From positions 1 through 31,073 of the forward strand of contig JAVHOH010000060.1 of NCBI GenBank assembly GCA_036169935.1: a DNA stretch of 31,073 bases, given 5' to 3'. Made by a program: the position numbers and the translations under genes. Position 1 is the first letter of the stretch, and each line of letters begins with the position of its first letter. The notes under the pieces were generated by a model. The model did not search any database, was not told the origin of the DNA, and saw only the letters and a list, made by a program, of their open reading frames with translations. Source of the DNA: Minisyncoccota bacterium. GTDB lineage: Bacteria; Patescibacteriota; Minisyncoccia; Phycocordibacterales; UBA9973. Below, in pieces: positions 1 to 7,506 of this stretch.

Positions 1-2
1 CA

Positions 3-233
3 GTGGCAATGGTCCAACAGATCGCAAGTCATTTAGGTGTTAATGAAACACTTCTTATTTGTCCAAAAAAGTTTGAGCCTGGATGTGAGAAAGTAGATGC
101 TCGTATAACTATTAAAAAAATACCGCAATCAGTCTTAAAAGCTTGCCAATTTGGAAAGAAAGAATATTTACTTCCTATCAAGGAAAGAGCTATGGAAGAA
201 ATTGACGAAGAAGAAAACGAATCTGAAGAATAA
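3..233 (+). CDS. 3' end (partial) of probable type III restriction-modification methyltransferase (Mod)
   Basis: Frame is open from the window edge. LLICPKKF...ITIKKIPQSVLKACQFGKKEYLL resembles type III Mod C-termini. Stop is 4 nt before the Res ATG. Catalytic motifs lie outside the window. Confidence 0.6.
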   Translation: MAMVQQIASHLGVNETLLICPKKFEPGCEKVDARITIKKIPQSVLKACQFGKKEYLLPIKERAMEEIDEEENESEE

Positions 234-237
234 CACT

Positions 238-3051
238 ATGAAAAAAGAACAAGCCCTACAATATATAACTAATACAATGAGCCTCCGAACTCCACAAGAA
301 AAGAGTTTAGTGCTTTTTGCTGATTATCTAGAGAGTGATGCTGGCAGAAAGGTATTGGAGAGGATGAAGAATAAAAATAGAAAAAGTACTAATGATATTG
401 AAGATTCAACAAAAGATTATACAGAAAAAATACCAGAACTGAAACAGTTTCAAGCTTTTGAAAGAACTTTCCCAGCATATACATTTGCCCTAGCTACTGG
501 GGTAGGAAAAACTCGCCTTATGGGTGCTTTTGTCACTTATCTTTACCTTGTCTATGGCGTACAGCATTTTATGATTGTTGCCCCAGGTAATACTATTTAT
601 CGTAAATTAGTGGATGATTTTAGTAAATCAAATAATCCAAAATATGTTTTTCGAGGAATTGAAGAGCTGAATCCATCTACCGTCGGTGTTATAACTAAAG
701 AAAATTATGGTAGTAATAAGTTCAATGCGGATTTTTTAAAAAGTTTTTATCCAAATAAAATAGAAATAAATATATTTAATATTCAGCAGTTTGCGCAGAA
801 AGACATAGACAAAGAAAAAGGTATTACAAAATTTAGCGAAACACTCGGGGAATCCTATTTTGAATATCTAAGTTCTCTAGATGACCTTGTTATCCTTATG
901 GATGAATCACATCACTATCATGCTGATGCGGCCATGAGTTCCTTGGACCGTATAGGACCTTTATTTGGGCTTGAGTTCACCGCTACGCCTTATACAGGGA
1001 ATATGATAGGTAAAGGCAGAGATAAGCACCTAGAAGCAAAGAAGAATATTTTTTACTCATATAATCTTGGTAATGCTATTCGTGATGGTTATGTTAAAGA
1101 TCCATGGGTAGGTACCGAAGCAGATGTTGATTTTAGTCAGTTTGATAAAGATTCAATAGACACCGATGCACGTAAATTACAATTGGCTGCCTTTTTCCAC
1201 GAACGTGCAAAGATAGCATTAGAAGAATATGCATCTGAAAATAATAAAGAAAAGGTAAAGCCTGTAATGTTGGTTGTGGCTAAAGATACTACTCACGCGA
1301 ATGAATTGTTTGATTTAATTGATAGTGATAAATTTAGAGGTGGAGTTTATAAGGGGAAGGTTATAAAAGTTCATACAAAAACAACAGGAGAAGAAACTGA
1401 TGAAAACATAGAGAAATTAATTTCACTCGAACATCCAGACAATATTGTGGAAATAGTTATTCACGTGAATATGCTTAAGGAAGGTTGGGATGTTACAAAT
1501 ATTTATACTATTGCACCCATACGATCTTCTGCATCAGAGATATTAACAGAACAAACAATTGGCCGAGGACTTCGTTTGCCTTATGGAGAAAAAACTGGAA
1601 ATAAGAACGTTGATCACGTTATGATTGTTGCTCATGATAACTATGCGAAAGTTATTGAAGAAGCAAGACATTCTAATCTTATTCAGCCATCAAATATTGA
1701 AAGTATTTCTACACAAGAAATAAAAGTAGTTAGAGAAGTTGTCGAAGTACAGTCAATATTTGTAACTAATATTCAAGAGCAGATTAAAGCTAGCCCAGCA
1801 ATAATGCAGGAAATTGAAGAACGTGCTAAACAAGCAACGAATTCTGTAATTCTAGAAGATACACCAGAAGATGTTAAAGCAACAACTATACAGAATAAAG
1901 TAATTGAAATTTTAGAAGCAACCGCGAAGAATGAAGCAAATAAAATAGGAGCTAGTAAAGATATTCCATACGTAGAGGGTTCATTATTTAATCCACTTAG
2001 CGAGAATGCTATAAAAGAAATGGAAAATATTAGGCGTATTTCTAAACAAACGATTGAAGTTCGTAATATTCCAATTCCAAGATTAATACTTACACCAGAT
2101 CATGGGGAGCTTATTATTCATAATTTTGATTTAGATATAAAAAAATTAAGTAAATTTGCTGCAGATACTTTTATTCTTGAACAATCCTTACAAGGACAAG
2201 AAGAAAAAGATTTATTTGGTGTGGCTCATCAAGGAAACAGTGAAGTTGAGATCACTCGTGTCTCAAGTTTAGGAGAAGGACGTACTCAAAGTCCAGAAAG
2301 TACTATTATTTCTGCTCTTGTAGAAGAACCTCTTGTTGATTATGACGATCCAAATCAAACAGAATTATTACGTAAACTTTCCAATCAAGCAGTAATACAC
2401 TATAAGTCATTTGTAAGCGATGATAATGCCTTAAAAATGATGGTTGAAAACAACTATCGTCAAATTGCCAAAGAGATATACGATCAGATATTAATTCATA
2501 AGGAATACAAGCTAGAGAATTATTCAGATTCTGGCATTCGTGAGTCAAAACCTTACTTAGAGCAATATAATATTTCTCGAAGTTTTGATGAAAAACCCGT
2601 CACGCTAGAATCACAACTTGCCAATTTATCAAAAGATAAAATCTATACTGGGTTTAAGAAAGCTTGTCACTCAATGTATAAATTTGATTCTTCTGATGAA
2701 GCACGAATGGCATATCTTTTAGACAGAGAGAAAGAAGTAGAAGATTGGCTTAGACCCGCACCAAATCAATTTGAAGGTTTATACTGGCGTGATGAATTTG
2801 GTAATTCACAACATCGCTATGAACCAGATTTTGTAGTTGAATTTTTGAATGAAATAGTAATGATTGAAGTAAAGCCAGAATTGGAAATAAGTAATTTAGA
2901 CGTACAAGAGAAAAAGAAAACTGCAGATAAGTATTGCGAATTAGTTTCAAAAAATATTGGAAAGTATGGAATAGTAAAACCTTGGCGGTATGTAATTATA
3001 CCAACAGAAAAAATAACTATTAGCTCAACGATTAATAATCTTTTAAGATAA
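238..3051 (+). CDS. Type III restriction enzyme Res subunit (SF2 helicase/ATPase plus C-terminal PD-(D/E)xK nuclease), 937 aa
   Basis: Walker A FALATGVGKT, motif II ILMDESHH, III EFTATP, V LKEGWDV, VI EQTIGRGLRLP; C-terminal YEPDFVVE...MIEVK. ATG 238 preferred over the track start 151, which overlaps mod. Confidence 0.9.
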   Translation: MKKEQALQYITNTMSLRTPQEKSLVLFADYLESDAGRKVLERMKNKNRKSTNDIEDSTKDYTEKIPELKQFQAFERTFPAYTFALATGVGKTRLMGAFVTYLYLVYGVQHFMIVAPGNTIYRKLVDDFSKSNNPKYVFRGIEELNPSTVGVITKENYGSNKFNADFLKSFYPNKIEINIFNIQQFAQKDIDKEKGITKFSETLGESYFEYLSSLDDLVILMDESHHYHADAAMSSLDRIGPLFGLEFTATPYTGNMIGKGRDKHLEAKKNIFYSYNLGNAIRDGYVKDPWVGTEADVDFSQFDKDSIDTDARKLQLAAFFHERAKIALEEYASENNKEKVKPVMLVVAKDTTHANELFDLIDSDKFRGGVYKGKVIKVHTKTTGEETDENIEKLISLEHPDNIVEIVIHVNMLKEGWDVTNIYTIAPIRSSASEILTEQTIGRGLRLPYGEKTGNKNVDHVMIVAHDNYAKVIEEARHSNLIQPSNIESISTQEIKVVREVVEVQSIFVTNIQEQIKASPAIMQEIEERAKQATNSVILEDTPEDVKATTIQNKVIEILEATAKNEANKIGASKDIPYVEGSLFNPLSENAIKEMENIRRISKQTIEVRNIPIPRLILTPDHGELIIHNFDLDIKKLSKFAADTFILEQSLQGQEEKDLFGVAHQGNSEVEITRVSSLGEGRTQSPESTIISALVEEPLVDYDDPNQTELLRKLSNQAVIHYKSFVSDDNALKMMVENNYRQIAKEIYDQILIHKEYKLENYSDSGIRESKPYLEQYNISRSFDEKPVTLESQLANLSKDKIYTGFKKACHSMYKFDSSDEARMAYLLDREKEVEDWLRPAPNQFEGLYWRDEFGNSQHRYEPDFVVEFLNEIVMIEVKPELEISNLDVQEKKKTADKYCELVSKNIGKYGIVKPWRYVIIPTEKITISSTINNLLR

Positions 3052-3056
3052 ACAAC

Positions 3057-3809
3057 ATGTCTGAATTTTACAAAGCAAATAGAATAAAAAATATATATAA
3101 TCCAAACTCAACGGAGCCTTTTAAACTTTCTCGTTCAAAGATAGAAAATTTTATGCATTGTCCGAAGTGCTTTTACTTGGACCGTAGGTTAGGAATAGGG
3201 CAACCACCAGGATATCCTTTTAACCTAAACACAGCAGTAGATACCTTACTCAAGAAAGAATTTGATATACATAGAGCAAAACACAAAACACACCCTTTAA
3301 TGAAGGCCTATGGGCTTAATGCAGTGCCTTTTAGTCATGAAATGATGGATGAATGGAGAGAGAACTTTAAAGGAGTGCAGTACCTCCACGAGCCTACTAA
3401 TTTTATTATTACTGGAGCTGTGGATGATTTATGGCAAGGTGAAAATGGAGAAATTATTGTTGCAGACTATAAAGCTACAAGTAAAACTTCACAGGTAACG
3501 CTTGATGCCGACTGGCAAGATGGATATAAAAGACAGATGGAAATATATCAATGGTTGCTTCGTCATAATGGATTGAAAGTTTCAAATACTGGATATTTTG
3601 TCTATTGTAATGGAAAGACGGATAGAGAAGCATTTGATGGAAAGTTAGAATTTGATATCGACCTATTGCCATACATAGGAGATGATTCTTGGGTAGAAGG
3701 AACGCTTAATGAGATTAAAGAATGTCTTGATGGAGAAATGCCTAAAGCAAGCGCAGAATGTGATTATTGTAACTATAGGAAAGCAGTAAATGAAGTGGAA
3801 GAAAAATAA
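3057..3809 (+). CDS. Cas4-like/RecB-family PD-(D/E)xK nuclease with four Cys
   Basis: LSRSKIENFMHCPKCFY; GAVDDLW...IVADYKAT; YKRQMEIYQWLL (QxxxY); C-terminal CDYCNY. Confidence 0.8.
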   Translation: MSEFYKANRIKNIYNPNSTEPFKLSRSKIENFMHCPKCFYLDRRLGIGQPPGYPFNLNTAVDTLLKKEFDIHRAKHKTHPLMKAYGLNAVPFSHEMMDEWRENFKGVQYLHEPTNFIITGAVDDLWQGENGEIIVADYKATSKTSQVTLDADWQDGYKRQMEIYQWLLRHNGLKVSNTGYFVYCNGKTDREAFDGKLEFDIDLLPYIGDDSWVEGTLNEIKECLDGEMPKASAECDYCNYRKAVNEVEEK

Positions 3810-3810
3810 T

Positions 3811-3942
3811 ATGGATGAAGAAACATTCGAAGTTGCTAAAGAAAACGATTTAAGCTTTGAAGAGGCAGAACAGCTTCAAGAAGTTATTGACGACACTGGA
3901 CTTGATGCAGAAGATGCCTTAGAGATTTCGCAGGATTTATAA
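3811..3942 (+). CDS. Highly acidic 43-aa microprotein (below the ORF-track cutoff)
   Basis: MDEETFEVAKENDLSFEEAEQLQEVIDDTGLDAEDALEISQDL*. ATG is 1 nt after the nuclease stop and the ORF fills the gap to the Nudix gene. 17 D/E versus 1 K. Confidence 0.6.
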   Translation: MDEETFEVAKENDLSFEEAEQLQEVIDDTGLDAEDALEISQDL

Positions 3943-3959
3943 AGTAGTATAATAAATAT

Positions 3960-4406
3960 ATGGATAAAGATAAAAAATTTGTTGTTAGAACAAGGGGTAT
4001 TATTGTTCACGAAGGCAAGCTTTTGGGTGTAAAGCATCCACATGATACGAGTTTCTGTGCCTTGCCTGGAGGTCATTTGGAGTGGGGAGAAGATATAAAG
4101 GAATGTTTAAGGCGTGAAATGGTTGAAGAGCTTGGAGTTGCTCCCGAAATAGGCAGATTACTCTATGTTAATAATTTTATGGATGGAGATATCAGACAAT
4201 CAATAGAATTTTTCTTTGAAATTACTAATTCGCAAGATTATTTAAATATCGGGCATCTTAAAACTACACATGCACATGAAATTGCAGAAGTGTGTTGGCT
4301 TGAGCCAACTGGCACAATACCTTTCAAACCTAATCGTTTATGGGAAGATTTAAAAAAGGGAGAAATTCTTTCTGATCAAGTTAGATATATAGATATGCAC
4401 AATTAA
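3960..4406 (+). CDS. Nudix hydrolase
   Basis: Nudix box GGHLEWGEDIKECLRREMVEELG. Confidence 0.9.
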   Translation: MDKDKKFVVRTRGIIVHEGKLLGVKHPHDTSFCALPGGHLEWGEDIKECLRREMVEELGVAPEIGRLLYVNNFMDGDIRQSIEFFFEITNSQDYLNIGHLKTTHAHEIAEVCWLEPTGTIPFKPNRLWEDLKKGEILSDQVRYIDMHN

Positions 4407-4409
4407 AAT

Positions 4410-4847
4410 ATGAAAACAATAATTAACAAATGGCATTCAATTTTAGATATGCCAATAAAAGATTATTATTGGCATCAAGCTGATGTTTTGGAAGAGTTGC
4501 GAGAACTTGAAGAAGCGGAGGGTTTAATCAATAAATGGAGTGAATTGTCAGATGTTGCTTATACTTACACACGAGCACACTGGTCTGGACATACAGATAT
4601 AAAGTATCCACTTAGTAAGACTAATTTTTACATGGGACTTTTATATATGTTTCCTAAATATTCTTTGCGTTATGGATTTTATAGAGTTTTGGGAAGAAAA
4701 ATTGATAAAAATGTAAAACTGAAAGAGGTTCGTAATCCTAAAAAAATAGAGAAATTAAAATATATTGCATCAAAATATAATCTTGACCCTGATAAATTTA
4801 CAAAAGAGGCAAAGAAATTAATGAAGATATGGGTATTTTTAAAATAA
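4410..4847 (+). CDS. Hypothetical protein with a MazG-like (all-alpha NTP pyrophosphatase) N-terminal motif
   Basis: LEELRELEEAEGLINKWSELSDV fits EExxE...ExxD. Basic C-terminal half not recognised. Confidence 0.5.
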   Translation: MKTIINKWHSILDMPIKDYYWHQADVLEELRELEEAEGLINKWSELSDVAYTYTRAHWSGHTDIKYPLSKTNFYMGLLYMFPKYSLRYGFYRVLGRKIDKNVKLKEVRNPKKIEKLKYIASKYNLDPDKFTKEAKKLMKIWVFLK

Positions 4848-4854
4848 AAAAAAT

Positions 4855-5721
4855 ATGGGAAAAAGAAAATTATTAAGTAAAATACGCAAAGAATTTCCGA
4901 GTTTAAAGTGGAAAAAAGCAGAACATAATATTGAGGGATGGGATCATTTTGTAATTATTTTAGATAATAAATATGTTTTTCGTTTTCCTAGAACCAAGCA
5001 ATATTTAAAGGCATTAAAAAATGAGATACTTCTGCTTGAATATTTGAAGGATAAAGTTAATATTCTTATTCCTCAATATGCTTATATTGCGAAAGATAAA
5101 AGTTTTGCTGGGTATTCTTTGATTCCGGGGACACAATTAAGGAAAAAAGTATTTAAATTGGTGTCCAACAAAGCAAAGCATACACTTGCGAAACAAATTG
5201 CAGATTTTCTTTCTTCTTTGCATAAAATATCCCAAAAGGATGTTGAGAAATATGGTGTGAAAATAGTTAATACTCAAAAACAATATAAAGAATTAATAAT
5301 CAATACAAATAAATATATTTTTCCGAGAGTCTCAAAAAAAGATCAGCTTTTGATAAATAACTACTTGAAAGAATTCAAAAATTATTTAAAATTTCCCAAG
5401 AAAGTTCTTGCTCACAATGATCTTTATTCCAAACATATACTTTTGGGAGAAAATAAAAAACATATTTCGGGAATTATAGATTTTTCTGATAGAAAGATAG
5501 ATGACCCAGCGAGAGATTTTACTGAAATGTGGGATTATGGAGAAAAATTCACACTAGAAGTATATAAACATTATAAGGGTCCCAAAGACAAAGATTTTTT
5601 AAAGCGGTCAATGATGTATTATAAAAGAATCCCTCTTTGGACGATGATTTCTCCGTTTCAAGGTGGGCGTGGAAAGTTTAAAAAGGGATATAAAATGTTT
5701 AAGGAATTGTTTTATGGATGA
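4855..5721 (+). CDS. Aminoglycoside phosphotransferase (APH)/kinase-like family protein
   Basis: YVFRFP; Brenner motif LAHNDLYSKHIL; GIIDFSD...DDPARDF. Confidence 0.85.
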   Translation: MGKRKLLSKIRKEFPSLKWKKAEHNIEGWDHFVIILDNKYVFRFPRTKQYLKALKNEILLLEYLKDKVNILIPQYAYIAKDKSFAGYSLIPGTQLRKKVFKLVSNKAKHTLAKQIADFLSSLHKISQKDVEKYGVKIVNTQKQYKELIINTNKYIFPRVSKKDQLLINNYLKEFKNYLKFPKKVLAHNDLYSKHILLGENKKHISGIIDFSDRKIDDPARDFTEMWDYGEKFTLEVYKHYKGPKDKDFLKRSMMYYKRIPLWTMISPFQGGRGKFKKGYKMFKELFYG

Positions 5722-6175
5722 ATTTTTAGTTAAAATTTTAGAAATACTTAAAGAATTAAAAATAAAACCAGTAATTTATGGTTCGTTTGGGGTGGCTAAT
5801 TATTTAGGCGATTTTAAAGATTTTGAGGACATTGATATCTTGATAGAAGATGAGTTTATTAATAATAGATGGGAAGAATTTAGAAAATTATTTAAATCTA
5901 GGGAATTTAATTTGGTAAATGAAAAAGAACATGAGTTTGAATTTAATGGTAAAAAAGTTGGATTTGCTTCAAAAAATATTTTAATAAGAGATAAAATAAT
6001 TAATAATTTTTCAGAATTAGTTCAGTATAAAAACAATAAAGGTATATTTATTTTAACGCCAGAAAGTTTTTTTAAAGCATATAGGTTTAGTGTAAAAGAT
6101 GGATATAGAATCAATACAAGAGGGAAGAAAGATGTGGATATTATTGAGAAGCTAGAGGTATATATTAGAAGATAA
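5714..6175 (+). CDS. Pol-beta-superfamily nucleotidyltransferase (ANT(2'')/Lnu-like size)
   Basis: IYGSFG...DFEDIDILI (GS...DxD). ATG 5714 overlaps the APH stop by 8 nt and is preferred to 5663. Confidence 0.7.
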   Translation: MDEFLVKILEILKELKIKPVIYGSFGVANYLGDFKDFEDIDILIEDEFINNRWEEFRKLFKSREFNLVNEKEHEFEFNGKKVGFASKNILIRDKIINNFSELVQYKNNKGIFILTPESFFKAYRFSVKDGYRINTRGKKDVDIIEKLEVYIRR

Positions 6176-6244
6176 TATATACCTCGCAATGATCATTCTT
6201 GTAAATACAAATTGTTAACCAAGGTGGAATGTTAAAAGGCTTTA

Positions 6245-6253
6245 TGGTAAAAT
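6245..6253 (+). promoter_or_regulatory. Extended -10 promoter (TG-G-TAAAAT), leaderless spacing
   Basis: 7 nt upstream of ATG 6261. Confidence 0.5.
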
Positions 6254-6260
6254 AAACTCT

Positions 6261-6890
6261 ATGAAACTATATCTTTCATCATATAAATTTGGTAACCATC
6301 CCGAGCAATTGACTGAATTAGCTGGGAATAATAAAAAAGCTGCGGTTATAATGAACGCTGTAGATTTTGGTGATAAGGAACGTCAAAATAATAATTTACT
6401 TGCACAGATTGAAAAGTTAAAAGAACTTGGTTTTGAAGCTGAAGGATTGGATTTGCGAAATTATTTCGGTAAAAAAGATGAACTCAAAGAGTATTTAAAA
6501 GGTATCGGAATGGTTTGGATACATGGTGGCAATGCTTTTATTCTCAAAAGAGCTTTTGAACAAAGTGGTTTTGAAACCCTCATAAAAGAATTCGTTAAAA
6601 ATGATCAGATCGTATATGCCGGTTTTAGTGCGGCAGTTTGCGTGGCTGCACCTACCCTACGTAGCACGGAATTAGTTGATGATCCTAATATAGTTCCAGA
6701 AGGATATAATGCCAATTTTGATTGGAGTGGTTTAGGTTTTATTCCATATAGTGTCGCAGTTCACTATCAATCAAATCACCCCGAATCGGGATTGATCGAA
6801 AAAGAAGTTGAATATTTTAAGGAAAAAAGTATGCCATATAAGACACTTCAAGATGGCGAAGTAATTGTTGTAGTAGAAAATGTTAAATAA
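6261..6890 (+). CDS. Peptidase E (family S51, class I glutamine amidotransferase-like fold)
   Basis: IHGGNAFIL; nucleophile elbow GFSAA; VAVHY. Confidence 0.8.
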   Translation: MKLYLSSYKFGNHPEQLTELAGNNKKAAVIMNAVDFGDKERQNNNLLAQIEKLKELGFEAEGLDLRNYFGKKDELKEYLKGIGMVWIHGGNAFILKRAFEQSGFETLIKEFVKNDQIVYAGFSAAVCVAAPTLRSTELVDDPNIVPEGYNANFDWSGLGFIPYSVAVHYQSNHPESGLIEKEVEYFKEKSMPYKTLQDGEVIVVVENVK

Positions 6891-7052
6891 AATAGACAAA
6901 AACATAGATACACCCGTTTCCCTCAATAATGATAATCCTCGAAATGAGCCCTATTTCTACCCCTAGCCCCGAGGAATCGAAACCCGAGGAATTGCCAACT
7001 GAAGGCAGAAAAACTGAAGAAATTTCTGAGCCAGCGCAAACTTCCGAATTCC

Positions 7053-7419
7053 GAACGGCTCATTCACTGGTATTTGAGCCGTTCAACTTTCTGCTTGCCC
7101 GCTCATAGGCATCTAGGCACTCGTAGCCCTAGCGGAAATGCCTGAGGTGGATGGCCGAGGATGCACCCCAAAACTTTGCGTAATCACAGAAAAACAAACA
7201 TGGTATAATGCCCGAGACAATGTTTTTAATTTTTGATTTTGAATTTCTCCTGCGGGCAGAACCTAATCCCGCCGAATTTAAGAAAATATTAGCAGAGGTT
7301 TTGCGAATCATTTTCCCAAAGAATCTTTGTTTTCGCAAAACCGAGTCCGCTTTTAGATTTGGCGTTTCTCCTCTATTTTTGCTAAAGTAGGTTCGAGCGG
7401 AGTTTAATAAGCACTCCGC
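7053..7419. repeat. Cluster of GC-richer inverted repeats (palindromic element or structured RNA)
   Basis: Stems 7053-7062/7075-7084 (10 bp), 7107-7112/7138-7143 enclosing 7113-7117/7128-7132, 7252-7256/7268-7272, 7297-7307/7332-7342 (11 bp), 7397-7403/7413-7419 (7 bp). Confidence 0.55.
7201..7209 (+). promoter_or_regulatory. Extended -10 promoter TG-G-TATAAT
   Basis: Perfect TGnTATAAT about 220 nt upstream of tRNA-Thr. Confidence 0.5.
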
Positions 7420-7432
7420 AATTAAAGAATAT

Positions 7433-7505
7433 GCCGTTGTAGCTCAGGTAGTAGAGCACCAATTTCGTAAATTGGGGGTCGAAAGTGCAAATCTTTCCAA
7501 CGGCT
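7433..7505 (+). tRNA. tRNA-Thr(CGT)
   Basis: Acceptor GCCGTTG/CAACGGC, D GCTC/GAGC, anticodon stem CCAAT/ATTGG with loop TT-CGT-AA, T stem GAAAG/CTTTC with atypical loop TGCAAAT. Discriminator T; CCA not encoded. Confidence 0.9.
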
Positions 7506-7506
7506 C

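Noticed and set aside
151-237. Upstream extensions in the ORF track (starts 151, 5663, 17241, 19467, 22763, 24294)
   Set aside because: They run into neighbouring genes or promoters and add no family-like sequence; ATGs at 238, 5714, 17304, 19491, 22739 and 24039 fit better.
3057-3809. CRISPR-Cas locus suggested by the Cas4-like gene
   Set aside because: No repeat-spacer array and no other cas gene seen in the window.
4855-6175. Calling the APH and NTase genes proven antibiotic-resistance genes
   Set aside because: Only superfamily motifs are visible; substrates cannot be read from sequence.
3811-6890. Integron cassette array
   Set aside because: Gaps are mostly under 20 nt, too short for attC sites, and there is no integrase.
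6960-6992. tRNA-like T-arm on the minus strand (GGGTTTCGATTCCTC)
   Set aside because: The stem does not pair and there is no cloverleaf; explained by a CCCGAGGAAT direct repeat.
6929-7108. 59-aa P/E/S/T-rich ORF (MIILEMSPISTPSPEESKPEEL...)
   Set aside because: No promoter or RBS, no recognisable family, and it overlaps the palindromic region; possibly a gene remnant, but unsupported.
7144-7168. T-box-like GGTGGATGGCC upstream of a tRNA
   Set aside because: Lacks the UGGN-ACC antiterminator, stem I motifs and terminator.
7129-7390. ORFs 7208-7390 (+) and 7129-7338 (-)
   Set aside because: The + start overlaps the -10 box, both run through palindromes, and neither looks protein-like.
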